This document shows, in pieces, positions 20,224 to 29,198 of a stretch of DNA of 64,000 nt. Numbering within the stretch: the stretch's first letter is position 1; each line of letters opens with the position of its first letter. This DNA is from Balneola sp. GTDB lineage: Bacteria > Bacteroidota > Rhodothermia > Balneolales > Balneolaceae. The stretch covers positions 450,049 through 514,048 of the forward strand of contig JAEPNB010000001.1 in assembly GCA_017643645.1 (NCBI GenBank), written 5' to 3'. Position numbers and translations under genes: made by a program. The notes beneath the pieces are model-generated. The model was not told the origin of the DNA. It was given only the letters and a program-made list of their open reading frames with translations, and ran no database searches.

Positions 20224-21414
20224 GTGATATACACGAGTCCACATAGCAACTTATCTAATATCATAGGCACCAGCCCTGAAGATATTGACAACCGCAAGCA
20301 AGGCAGCGATCGCTTTTTGCTGATGGCCGTTGTTGCGCTTATGATGTTCGGGGTTCTTGCAGTGTATTCTTCTATCGCTTACTTCGCTGAATCTAAGTCT
20401 ACAACTGCATTTACTTTGATCACAGGACATATCATAAAGCTTGGAATTGCTTTTGTTGTGATGTTGATCGTTTCAAAGATCAATTATCATACGCTCGCTA
20501 AATTTAGTCGGTTGGGAATGGTAATTAGCTGGGTGCTCCTTGTTGCAGTATTGATGTTTGGAACTGAACAGTTTGGAGCCAAACGCTGGCTAAATCTTGG
20601 TGGTTTTACTTTCCAGCCTTCAACAGTGGCAACTGTTGCGCTTCTCCTTCATGTTTGTGTGCTTCTTTCTGAAAAACAGGATTATGTGAAAGACTTCAAA
20701 AGAAGTTTTGTCCCCATTATGGTATGGGTAAGTATTACTTGCGCTTTGATTGGCGTTCAGGATTTCAGCAGTGCGGGAATACTATTCGGAATTTGTTTGA
20801 TCGTCATGTTTATAGGCCGAGCCAGTACTTTACAATTAGGAACTCTTGTATTGATCGGTGTATTTGGTGGAATGTTACTCCTGAATCAATCTGAAAACAG
20901 GAAAAGTCGGATTGATGACTATATCACACAGGTAAAAGATATTGAAAGTACCAGAATCCTTCAGGGGTCCGGCTATCAGGCCCAACAGGCGCATATTGCT
21001 ATCGCTAAAGGAGAATTTTTTGGAGTAGGAATTGGTAAAAGCTCACAACGTGATTTCCTCCCTGCCCCTTATAATGACTTTATTTTTGCCATCATTGCTG
21101 AAGAATATGGCATTTTCGGAGCTATGAGTTTGATACTCATTTTCACTCTTATTTTATTCCGTGGAGTGGTTTTCATTTCCAAAAATGCGGAAGACACTCT
21201 TGGTTCTCTTCTGGCTATTGGCTGTACACTCACTATCGTTTTATATGGATTTGTAAATGCCGCTGTAGCAAGTGGTTTACTTCCTGTAACCGGACTTCCC
21301 ATGCCGTTTGTAAGTTATGGCGGTACAAGCATGCTTTTTGCAGGTTTGATGGTTGGAATTTTATTGAATATTTCGAAGCATCATAAAGATCGGAGGACTA
21401 TGTATTATGGATAA
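20224..21414 (+). CDS. ftsW: FtsW/RodA/SpoVE-family peptidoglycan glycosyltransferase
   Basis: About 10 TM segments. SEDS motifs are present (QPSTVATVAL, DFIFAIIAEEYG, PFVSYGGTSM). Position in dcw supports the call. Confidence 0.88.
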   Translation: MIYTSPHSNLSNIIGTSPEDIDNRKQGSDRFLLMAVVALMMFGVLAVYSSIAYFAESKSTTAFTLITGHIIKLGIAFVVMLIVSKINYHTLAKFSRLGMVISWVLLVAVLMFGTEQFGAKRWLNLGGFTFQPSTVATVALLLHVCVLLSEKQDYVKDFKRSFVPIMVWVSITCALIGVQDFSSAGILFGICLIVMFIGRASTLQLGTLVLIGVFGGMLLLNQSENRKSRIDDYITQVKDIESTRILQGSGYQAQQAHIAIAKGEFFGVGIGKSSQRDFLPAPYNDFIFAIIAEEYGIFGAMSLILIFTLILFRGVVFISKNAEDTLGSLLAIGCTLTIVLYGFVNAAVASGLLPVTGLPMPFVSYGGTSMLFAGLMVGILLNISKHHKDRRTMYYG

Positions 21415-22507
21415 TCCGAGAATCTTAATTGCTGCAGGCGGAACAGGTGGACATGTATATCCGGCCATTGCTATTGCTGATGCTATTAAACACGAAAATG
21501 CTGACTCTGAGATCTTATTTGTAGGAACTAAAGATCATATGGAATGGAAAGCTGTTCCAAAAGCCGGCTATAAGATCAAAAGTGTTTGGATCAGTGGATT
21601 TCACCGAAGACTTACTTTGAAGAACATGTTGTTTCCGCTTAAACTTGTGACAAGTATCGTTCAGAGTTTTGGGATAGTGAGCTCTTTCAAACCTCAGGTT
21701 ATGGTTTCTTGTGGTGGATATGCTGCCGGACCGGTTGGCTGGGTTGCAGGAAAGCGTGGAGTAAAAATTGTTATTCAGGAGCAAAACAGCTTTCCGGGAG
21801 TTACTAACCGAATGCTTGCAAAGTTCGCATCCAGGATATTCACAGCTTTCAAGGAAGCAGCAAAATATCTGCCTTCTGATAAGATCGTGGAATCCGGAAA
21901 TCCGACCAGAAATAGTTTGGATAAAGTAGAAAAGAAGGTTGGACTGCACTCTTTTGATTTCAATGATGCAAAACCGGTATTGATGGTTCTTGGTGGAAGC
22001 GGCGGAGCCAAAACTATAAACGATGCAGTAAAAGAAAACCTTGATAAACTTTCAGATCTGCAAGTGATCTGGCAGTGTGGAAGCCGATACATCGATGCTT
22101 TGATGAAAGAAATTGACTTAGAGAGCAACAAGAATATTCGTTTAACGGCTTTCATAGACAACATGCCTGAAGCTTATGCTGCTGCAGACTTAATTGTGAG
22201 CAGAGCCGGTGCAAGTTCCTGTTCTGAATTTATGATGACAGGAAAGCCCAGTGTATTGATTCCGTCTCCAAATGTAGCCGGAGACCATCAAACACAAAAC
22301 GCACAAAGCATGGTTGACGCCGGAGCGTCTGAACTATTGAAAGATGCCGATGCTGTAAATGCTTTACCTGAACTGGTTCATTCATTGATCAGAGATCAGG
22401 AAAAATTGAAGGAAATGAACAAAGCTGCACTAAGGCTTGCAAAACCGGATGCAGCAAAGATGATCGCAAAAGAAATTTTAGAACTCGCAAAATCGAAGAA
22501 CAGTTGA
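21407..22507 (+). CDS. murG: Undecaprenyldiphospho-muramoylpentapeptide beta-N-acetylglucosaminyltransferase
   Basis: GGTGGHVYPAIA N-terminal motif, GGSGGA, and SRAGASSCSE...DHQTQNA C-terminal motifs. Confidence 0.92.
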   Translation: MDNPRILIAAGGTGGHVYPAIAIADAIKHENADSEILFVGTKDHMEWKAVPKAGYKIKSVWISGFHRRLTLKNMLFPLKLVTSIVQSFGIVSSFKPQVMVSCGGYAAGPVGWVAGKRGVKIVIQEQNSFPGVTNRMLAKFASRIFTAFKEAAKYLPSDKIVESGNPTRNSLDKVEKKVGLHSFDFNDAKPVLMVLGGSGGAKTINDAVKENLDKLSDLQVIWQCGSRYIDALMKEIDLESNKNIRLTAFIDNMPEAYAAADLIVSRAGASSCSEFMMTGKPSVLIPSPNVAGDHQTQNAQSMVDAGASELLKDADAVNALPELVHSLIRDQEKLKEMNKAALRLAKPDAAKMIAKEILELAKSKNS

Positions 22508-23937
22508 TGGAAAACAGAATTCAAACACAACCTGTATTTGGACGAACCAAACATATTCATATGGTTGGAATCGGTGGAATTGGTATGAGCGGGATGGCTG
22601 AGATCTTGATACAAAGAGGTTATAAAGTAACCGGCTCTGATGGGGCTTCCAACGAAACTACAGATCGGTTAAAAGAACTTGGTGCGACTATTTATCTAGG
22701 ACATGCTCCCGAAAATATTGAAGGCGCCGATGTTGTAGTTTATACCAGCGCAGTTAAAGCCACAGAGAATGAAGAAACCAAAGCTGCTTTAGAAAATCGT
22801 ATTCCAACCATCAAAAGAGCGGAAATGCTTGCTGAGTTGATGAAAATGAAGTTCGGAATCGGCGTAGCAGGAACACATGGCAAAACCACCACAACGACAA
22901 TGATCGGTCATGTGACACAGGATGGAAATTACGATCCGACTATTATGGTTGGCGGAAAAGTGCACAGTTTTGATAAAACCAACGCTGTTGTAGGCAAAGG
23001 CGATGTAATCGTTGTGGAAGCAGACGAATTTGACCGAACATTCCTTCGCCTCACCCCTTCTATTGCTATTATTACCAATATTGAAGCTGAACACTTGGAC
23101 ATCTACGATGATCTGGAAGATGTGAAAGGAGCATTCATCGATTATGCTAACAAAGTTCCTTTTTACGGAGCTGTAATTGTTTGTCTTGATGATCCTAATG
23201 TTCGAAGCATCCTTCCTGATCTGGAAAGAAGAATTATCTCTTACGGATTGAGTCCACAAGCTCAGGTTCGTGCGGTTGATATTCAAATGAATCAATTTAC
23301 CAGCACTTTTACCGTGATGAATGATGATCAGAAACTTGGAGTGATCACTTTAAAAGCTCCGGGAGATCATAATGTGAAAAATGCGCTGGCCGCAGTAGCT
23401 ACAGGAATTGAGTTAAATATTGATTTTAAACTGATCAAGCAAGGATTAGAGCGATATGAAGGTGTGTTCAGAAGATTTCAGAAGAAAGTTGAAGAACAAG
23501 GCGTGATGGTAATCGATGACTATGCTCATCATCCAACAGAAGTTGCTGCTACATTGAACGCAGCTCGCAAAGGTTGGCCTGATCGTAGAATTGTAGCTGT
23601 TTTCCAACCTCACTTGTATTCCAGAACTCAGGATCTGTATAAGGAATTTGGTCTTTCATTCTCTGATGCAGAGGTATTGGTGATCACAGATGTATATCCA
23701 TCCAGAGAAAAACCAATTGAAGGCGTAACCGGAAAACTGATCTCTGACACAGCCGAACAATACGGTCATAAGAATGTGGTCTATGTTGAAGACAAAGCAG
23801 ATGTAACAGAGACGCTTAAAGAAATTTCTAAAGCCGGAGACATTATCATCACTATGGGTGCCGGTGATATCTATAAATACGGCGAAGAATTTGCAAATGA
23901 ATTGGAAAGCGGAAACTATAAAACAGGAGTTCAATAG
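22504..23937 (+). CDS. murC: UDP-N-acetylmuramate--L-alanine ligase
   Basis: HMVGIGGIGMSGMAE, GTHGKTTTT, DDYAHHPTE. Confidence 0.92.
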   Translation: MMENRIQTQPVFGRTKHIHMVGIGGIGMSGMAEILIQRGYKVTGSDGASNETTDRLKELGATIYLGHAPENIEGADVVVYTSAVKATENEETKAALENRIPTIKRAEMLAELMKMKFGIGVAGTHGKTTTTTMIGHVTQDGNYDPTIMVGGKVHSFDKTNAVVGKGDVIVVEADEFDRTFLRLTPSIAIITNIEAEHLDIYDDLEDVKGAFIDYANKVPFYGAVIVCLDDPNVRSILPDLERRIISYGLSPQAQVRAVDIQMNQFTSTFTVMNDDQKLGVITLKAPGDHNVKNALAAVATGIELNIDFKLIKQGLERYEGVFRRFQKKVEEQGVMVIDDYAHHPTEVAATLNAARKGWPDRRIVAVFQPHLYSRTQDLYKEFGLSFSDAEVLVITDVYPSREKPIEGVTGKLISDTAEQYGHKNVVYVEDKADVTETLKEISKAGDIIITMGAGDIYKYGEEFANELESGNYKTGVQ

Positions 23938-23940
23938 TTA

Positions 23941-24687
23941 GTGTCGGTCAACAGCACAAATAGCGACGTGAAAAAGAGTAAGCTTCTCCCCTGGGCAACA
24001 GCAATTATGCTGGTTGTTGGAGTTGCTGTGCTTGCGGCTGTCTATTGGAACAGAAATGTGACTGTTGATGAGTTATCATTTTCCGGAAATGTAATTACAG
24101 AGATCGAAGTGCTGACAGAAGCTGCAAATGTAGAATTTGGAGTGCATCCCGACAGTCTTGATCTGAGTGTGATCATTGAACGCATTGAAAAAGTAGATTA
24201 TGTAAAAAGTGCGACTCCTTACATAGAACCAAATGGCGATCTGAATATTGAAATTACAGAACGTACACCTGTCGCATTACTTATTAAAGATGAAAAAAGA
24301 GCTTATGTAGATGCGGAAGGCGTAAAGCTTCCGATCTTTGAAAATAAAACTTTCAATCTGCCTTTGGTTTATGGGTTTGATGCTTCCACAGATTCTGACA
24401 CACTTAAAAGTGAAGCTTTCAAGCAAATAAGCACTTTTTTAACGGAAGCAAAGCAAAACAAATTCGTATGGTTGACCATCAGCGAAGTGGCTTACAACAA
24501 AGAAGAAGGTGTTGTGGCACTGAGCCAGGAAAACGGAGTAAAGCTTTTATTCGGAAGTAATGACTTCAGGATCAAGCTTGAAAACTGGGAAGCTTTTTAC
24601 ACGGAAGTAATTCGGGTGAAAGGAATCCAAACCATGCAACAGGTAGATCTCAGATTTACCAATCAAGTGGTAACAAGGGAAGGTTAA
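23941..24687 (+). CDS. ftsQ: Cell division protein FtsQ (POTRA-containing)
   Basis: 248 aa with a GTG start, an N-terminal TM anchor (WATAIMLVVGVAVLAAVYW) and a POTRA-like segment. It sits in the slot between murC and ftsA. Confidence 0.75.
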   Translation: MSVNSTNSDVKKSKLLPWATAIMLVVGVAVLAAVYWNRNVTVDELSFSGNVITEIEVLTEAANVEFGVHPDSLDLSVIIERIEKVDYVKSATPYIEPNGDLNIEITERTPVALLIKDEKRAYVDAEGVKLPIFENKTFNLPLVYGFDASTDSDTLKSEAFKQISTFLTEAKQNKFVWLTISEVAYNKEEGVVALSQENGVKLLFGSNDFRIKLENWEAFYTEVIRVKGIQTMQQVDLRFTNQVVTREG

Positions 24688-24730
24688 GATATGAGTATCA
24701 ATCAATTTCGTATAGAACACACCCCTGTTT

Positions 24731-24819
24731 CCCCTCTCAAGAGGGGACTATTCACCTTTTCGCAATTCATTTTGCGAAGACTTAATGAACTTAAAGAGCT
24801 TCCCCTCCCACGGAGGGGA
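24731..24819 (+). repeat. Three consecutive short hairpins in the ftsQ-ftsA spacer
   Basis: CCCCTC-tcaa-GAGGGG (24731-24746), TTCGCAA-ttcatt-TTGCGAA (24759-24778) and TCCCCTCC-cac-GGAGGGGA (24801-24819). All were read directly. Confidence 0.6.
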
Positions 24820-24904
24820 TTGAGGGGTGGGTCAAAATTTGTCTCGATTTACTCTAAAAATCTGCAATCAATTTTAGCAATCAACAAACAAAGCGGTATC
24901 AATA

Positions 24905-26164
24905 ATGTCTGAACAAGAAAATATCATGGTCGGTCTCGATATTGGGACTACAAAAATTTGCGCAATCGTTGCTTCTATCGAGCACGAAAGAATCAACATC
25001 CTTGGAGTTGGTAAAGCTCCCAGCGATGGCTTAAATCGTGGCGTGGTTGTTAACATTGATAAGACCGTAAACGCAATCAAGGACGCCATTGCACAGGCTG
25101 AACTTGCATCCGGAATTCAGGTGAATTCTGTGAATGTGGGTATTGCGGGCGATCACATCCGAAGCATGAGAAGTAAAGGTGTGATCACCATCAACAACAA
25201 AGACAATGAGATCACCGCTCATGATGTGGAACGACTTTTGGAAGACTGTCAGCGCATTATGTTGCCTACTGATCAACAAATCCTTCATGTAATTCCTCAG
25301 GAGTTTGTGGTTGATGGGCAGGATGGAATCAGCGACCCGGTTGGAATGAGCGGAATGCGCATGGAAGCAGAAGTTCACATTATCACAGGTTTGGTTTCCG
25401 CAGCTAAAAACATGTATCGCTGTGTGGAACGTGCCGGATATCAGGTGGCAGATCTGATTCTGGAACCTTTAGCTTCTTCTTATTCAGTATTGGATGAAGA
25501 AGAAAAAGAAGCCGGAGTTGTGTTGGTAGATATCGGTGGTGGTACTACAGATGTAGCCATCTTCCAGGATAATACCATCCGACATACAGCAGTGGTTGCC
25601 ATAGCCGGACAGAAAGTAACGGACGATATACGTCTTGGTTTAAGTGTTCTTGACGATCAGGCCGAAATGCTGAAAAGAAAGCACGGCGAAAGCTATGCTG
25701 ATATGATCGAAGAAGACGAAGTGATCACTGTTCCGGGAATTGCCGGACGTCCACCAAAAGAAATTACAAAGAGCATTCTTTCCAAAATTATACAGGCAAG
25801 AATGGAAGAAATCATGGAAATAGTTGGGATCGAGATCAAACGCAGTGGCTACTCAGAAGCACTAAGTGCAGGAGTAGTTCTTACAGGCGGTGGATCTTTG
25901 ATCAAGAATATTTGTCCACTGGCTAACGAGATCTTAGGAATAGATGCCAAGATCGGGATTCCGTTAGGAATCACAGGCGGTTTAGTGGAAGAAGTAAACA
26001 GTCCAATTTACGCTACAGGTGTTGGTCTTGTGGTTCATGCTTTAAAAACGGGCATGGGCAACAATCAAACGATGATGCCATCATCACAAAAAGGCGGAAA
26101 AAATATGGAACAGGTGATGAACAAGATCGCCGACCGTATGAAAAGTTGGTTCAAAGAACTTTAG
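24905..26164 (+). CDS. ftsA: Cell division protein FtsA
   Basis: Actin-fold motifs VGLDIGTTKICAIV and VLVDIGGGTTDVAIF. C-terminal amphipathic tail MKSWFKEL. Confidence 0.93.
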   Translation: MSEQENIMVGLDIGTTKICAIVASIEHERINILGVGKAPSDGLNRGVVVNIDKTVNAIKDAIAQAELASGIQVNSVNVGIAGDHIRSMRSKGVITINNKDNEITAHDVERLLEDCQRIMLPTDQQILHVIPQEFVVDGQDGISDPVGMSGMRMEAEVHIITGLVSAAKNMYRCVERAGYQVADLILEPLASSYSVLDEEEKEAGVVLVDIGGGTTDVAIFQDNTIRHTAVVAIAGQKVTDDIRLGLSVLDDQAEMLKRKHGESYADMIEEDEVITVPGIAGRPPKEITKSILSKIIQARMEEIMEIVGIEIKRSGYSEALSAGVVLTGGGSLIKNICPLANEILGIDAKIGIPLGITGGLVEEVNSPIYATGVGLVVHALKTGMGNNQTMMPSSQKGGKNMEQVMNKIADRMKSWFKEL

Positions 26165-26224
26165 CAAACAGCAATCATCTACAAAAAACAATCCAGTAAA
26201 TAAATACAAAAACAAGGAGTAATC

Positions 26225-27568
26225 ATGGCTAACCATAATACTCGATTCTTTTTCGACGAACAAAGCCAGGAAAACGCAAAGATCAAAGTGGTCGGCGTAG
26301 GCGGCGGCGGCGGAAACGCAATCAACAATATGATAAATATGGGCCTCGACAGTGTGGAATACATCGCACTTAACACCGACGCCCAAGCACTGAAAAACAG
26401 TCAGGCTGATGTAAAGATTCAGGTTGGAACCTCACTTACTAACGGTTTAGGAGCAGGAGCTCGTCCGGAAGTTGGCAGAGAAGCGGTTGAAGAAAACCGA
26501 CACGAAATTGAAGAAGCCATCGAAACTGCGGATATGATATTCGTGACTGCAGGAATGGGTGGCGGTACCGGAACCGGAGGCGCACCTGTGGTTGCAGGAA
26601 TGGCCAAACGTAAAGGAATTCTTACAGTAGGAATTATTACTACTCCATTCGATTGCGAGGGTAAGATCCGTAAGAAATATGCACTGGAAGGAATCACAGA
26701 ACTCAAAAAGAACTGTGATACGGTTATCGTTATTCCAAATGAGCGGCTTCTGGACATCGCAGACGAAAACACCACATTGATGGATGCTTTCGCACTGGCA
26801 AATGAAGTTTTATATAACGCAACGCGCGGTATAAGCGACTTAATTCTAATGCCCGGCCTGATCAATCTTGATTTCGCGGATGTTAGAACTACAATGACCG
26901 ACGGTGGCGCAGCGATCATGGGATCGGCAACTGCTGAAGGTCCTGACAGAGCTGAAATTGCTGCCCGTTCTGCTATTAACTCTCCTTTATTGGATGGAGT
27001 TAGTATTCGCGGAGCTCGTAGCGTTCTTGTTAACATCAGCGCCGGTTCAGCTTTGGGTATGCGTGAAACCACTACCGCTACAAGTATTGTTCAGCAGGAA
27101 GCCGGTGACAATGCAGAGATCATCTTAGGTACTGTTCTTGACGAAACATTTACTGATGAGATCAGAGTTACCGTAATTGCTACCGGTTTTGACTTAGCTG
27201 AAGACAGAACTACAGCGAAAGTTGCACCGAATGCTTCTGCAGGTTTAAATAAAGCAGCGGAAAATGCTTTGAATAATCAGGAAATCAAACCTCAGGGAGT
27301 ACCAAGCAGAATTGCCCGTACTCCTAGTGATTATTACAAGGGAGAAGGGAATCTGAAGAAATTGGATACGCCTTCTTACTTGCGTCGTGATCTTTCTGTT
27401 CGACAAAAAGAACAAGAAAATGATGAGGAAGAAGAAAGTTACCGCGCTGAAGAACCAAAGCAGGAAACGAAAAGCAGAGATAATATCGCTCCGTTCCAAA
27501 GCAGAACCGAGCGAATTCAAAAAGACGATTCTGATCAGCCCGCATTCTTGCGCAAGATCATGGATTGA
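26225..27568 (+). CDS. ftsZ: Cell division GTPase FtsZ
   Basis: GVGGGGGNAINNM and the tubulin signature GGGTGTGGAPVVA. There is a long disordered linker and a C-terminal peptide DQPAFLRKIMD. AAGGAG lies 7 nt upstream of the ATG. Confidence 0.96.
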   Translation: MANHNTRFFFDEQSQENAKIKVVGVGGGGGNAINNMINMGLDSVEYIALNTDAQALKNSQADVKIQVGTSLTNGLGAGARPEVGREAVEENRHEIEEAIETADMIFVTAGMGGGTGTGGAPVVAGMAKRKGILTVGIITTPFDCEGKIRKKYALEGITELKKNCDTVIVIPNERLLDIADENTTLMDAFALANEVLYNATRGISDLILMPGLINLDFADVRTTMTDGGAAIMGSATAEGPDRAEIAARSAINSPLLDGVSIRGARSVLVNISAGSALGMRETTTATSIVQQEAGDNAEIILGTVLDETFTDEIRVTVIATGFDLAEDRTTAKVAPNASAGLNKAAENALNNQEIKPQGVPSRIARTPSDYYKGEGNLKKLDTPSYLRRDLSVRQKEQENDEEEESYRAEEPKQETKSRDNIAPFQSRTERIQKDDSDQPAFLRKIMD

Positions 27569-27690
27569 TCTGTTTTTTTTTACTGATTTTTTGAGTTGCC
27601 TTGGGAAAGGTGTCTCATGAATCATGATTTTTTTACTGGATTATAGTTGCTGCTCACTTTGTGAGACAGCTATAGATTGCTAACAACAAG

Positions 27691-27722
27691 AGAAGCCTCT
27701 GGATAAGGGGCTTCTTTTTTTT
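27691..27722 (+). terminator. Intrinsic terminator after ftsZ
   Basis: AGAAGCCTC-tggataa-GGGGCTTCT stem of 9 bp with one G.U, followed by T8 (27715-27722). A second imperfect hairpin lies at about 27643-27677. Confidence 0.75.
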
Positions 27723-27844
27723 GATCGCTGATTTCGGATCACTGATTATTTTGATTATTCGCTGATTTTCTTCGCCTCGGACTAGCGTCCTTGCTTGTTT
27801 ACTTTATCCCCCTTGTTCGGTATCAATTCAATATCCTCTCACTA

Positions 27845-27921
27845 CTAACGAATGTGAAAAGTCTATAGATTTAGATACAAGAAGAACAAACTCTAGATGT
27901 CTACATTTGATTCGACATAAC
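27845..27921. repeat. Nested palindromic element, copy E1 (alpha type, inverted orientation)
   Basis: AACGAATGTGAAAAGTCTATAG ... TAGATGTCT..TTCGACATAAC. It is the homologue of E3, and together with E2 it forms the left ~220-bp direct repeat. Confidence 0.6.
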
Positions 27922-27946
27922 AAAAAAGATAATATAAAAAGTCTCT

Positions 27947-28050
27947 GTCATTTCGAGATGAACGAAGGCATAGCCTAAGTGACCGAGAAATCTAAAAATT
28001 TATGAAACCTATTCCACTATTTGTAGATTTCTCCCTCTGGTCGAAATGAC
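27947..28050. repeat. Nested palindromic element, copy E2 (beta type)
   Basis: Outer arms GTCATTTCGA / TCGAAATGAC and inner arms GAGAAATCTA / TAGATTTCTC. Loop ...TATGAAACCTATTCCACTAT... Confidence 0.8.
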
Positions 28051-28086
28051 AAAGACGTTGTTTAATAAACCAAGCAATTATCAACT

Positions 28087-28428
28087 GTGTCATACTATGT
28101 CTACATAACAACCAATTCTAGCAAAACTACTTTGTATGTTGGCATGACTAATGATATTCCATCCAGAATATTGGAACATGGATTGAACGCTGGAAACCCC
28201 GAAACTTTTGCTGGAAAATATCATTGCTTTAATCTTCTTTATTACGAAGAGTTCCAATATGTAAATGATGCTATTGCAAGAGAAAAAGAGATCAAGAAAT
28301 GGCGCCGAGACAAGAAAGAGCAATTAATTAACTCTGTAAATCCTGAATGGAGATTTCTTAATAAGGAACTAGGCTTATACCCTTTTGGCGATTATGCTGA
28401 TGAACGTAACATCAAAAACAGAAGATAG
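28087..28428 (+). CDS. Small stand-alone GIY-YIG nuclease-family protein
   Basis: 113 aa with a GTG start. YYVYITTN...LYVGMTNDIPSRILEH, then ...Y.E...A..REKEIKKWRRDKK, which is the GIY-(10-11)-YVG, R, E and N-type layout of the GIY-YIG fold. There are no additional domains. Confidence 0.85.
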   Translation: MSYYVYITTNSSKTTLYVGMTNDIPSRILEHGLNAGNPETFAGKYHCFNLLYYEEFQYVNDAIAREKEIKKWRRDKKEQLINSVNPEWRFLNKELGLYPFGDYADERNIKNRR

Positions 28429-28439
28429 AAAACCACATT

Positions 28440-28523
28440 GTAACTTCGAACGAATGTGAGAAGTCTACAGATTTGGATACAAGAAGAACAATTCTTAGAT
28501 GTCTCCCTTCGGTTCGACATGAC
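28440..28523. repeat. Nested palindromic element, copy E3 (alpha type, inverted orientation)
   Basis: GTAACTTCGAACGAATGTGAGAAGTCTA ... TAGATGTCTCCCTTCGGTTCGACATGAC. The reverse complement of its left half closely matches the right arm of E5/E6 (TAGATTTCTCACATCCGTTCGAAATGAC). Confidence 0.7.
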
Positions 28524-28549
28524 AAAGGAGAATAATAGCTAACCAATTT

Positions 28550-28651
28550 GTCATTTCGAGATGAGTGAGATGAAATCGAACGACCGAGAAATCTAAAAAT
28601 CTATGAAACCTACTCCACTATCATTAGATTTCTCCCTCTGGTCGAAAAGAC
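28550..28651. repeat. Nested palindromic element, copy E4 (beta type)
   Basis: GTCATTTCGAGATGA...GACCGAGAAATCTAAAAATCTATGAAACCTACTCCACTAT..TAGATTTCTCCCTCTGGTCGAAAAGAC. It is near-identical to E2 outside one ~20-nt segment. Confidence 0.8.
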
Positions 28652-28738
28652 AAAAGCGTTGTTTAATAGTGACATAAATAACAAAGCACTATTGTATATA
28701 AACGTAGAATATATTTTATTTTATGGAAACAGCTTCTT

Positions 28739-29188
28739 ATGGAACCATTTGAACTTAAAACAGATACATCTACATTTTACATGAAGGCCCTGAAGGCATT
28801 GGGGTTCATTCTTTTAGGATTTACAATCGTAATAACTCTCCTTACTTATAAAAACGGTGAACCCATCAATTGGATGAATACTTTCACATTAACTGTTTGT
28901 AGTTTAGCTTTTGCACTTTTTCCGGGTTTCGCAACGATGTCAGAGATTCACTTCAATGAAGAAGGAATATTCCTCAAAAACCATTCCTATCACTGGGGTG
29001 AGAAAAAAGAAATAACGTGGGATAAAATTTCCAGTATTCGTGTAGATAAAAGTCAGCTTTCTATAAAAAATACGGTCGGGTCTTCAGAAAAAATCAAGCT
29101 CCCCATTTATACTAAAGACCAAATCGAAGGGTTGAAATCTTATCTCAAAGAAGTTGCTTCCCAAAAAGAAGTAGAGTATTTGGAATGA
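28739..29188 (+). CDS. Hypothetical membrane protein (two TM helices plus a small soluble domain)
   Basis: 149 aa. Hydrophobic segments LGFILLGFTIVITLLTY and FTLTVCSLAFALFPGF. It is flanked by E4 and E5. I recognise no family with confidence. Confidence 0.55.
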   Translation: MEPFELKTDTSTFYMKALKALGFILLGFTIVITLLTYKNGEPINWMNTFTLTVCSLAFALFPGFATMSEIHFNEEGIFLKNHSYHWGEKKEITWDKISSIRVDKSQLSIKNTVGSSEKIKLPIYTKDQIEGLKSYLKEVASQKEVEYLE

Positions 29189-29198
29189 ATGAGTTTTT

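Noticed and set aside
24691-24912. 73-aa ORF between ftsQ and ftsA (MSINQFRIEHTPVSPLKRGLF...PLPRRGLRGG...)
   Set aside because: Its sequence is mostly the translation of three short hairpins (SPLKRG and PLPRRGLRGG come from the G/C-rich stems), and it overlaps the ftsA start. I treat it as structured spacer rather than a gene.
26419-27072. Long antisense ORFs inside well-supported genes. Examples are 217 aa antisense to ftsZ, 22789-23295 antisense to murC, 21515-22164 antisense to murG, and 48992-49306 and 58265-58957 opposite the kinase and E1 genes.
   Set aside because: They lie entirely within genes that have strong family signatures on the other strand, show low-complexity or odd composition, and have no motifs. 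These are typical shadow ORFs.
28505-28525. tRNA-like GGTTCGA motif (TTCGGTTCGACATGAC)
   Set aside because: It is part of the right arm of palindromic element E3. There is no acceptor stem, anticodon arm or CCA context, and I found no tRNA or rRNA gene anywhere in the window.
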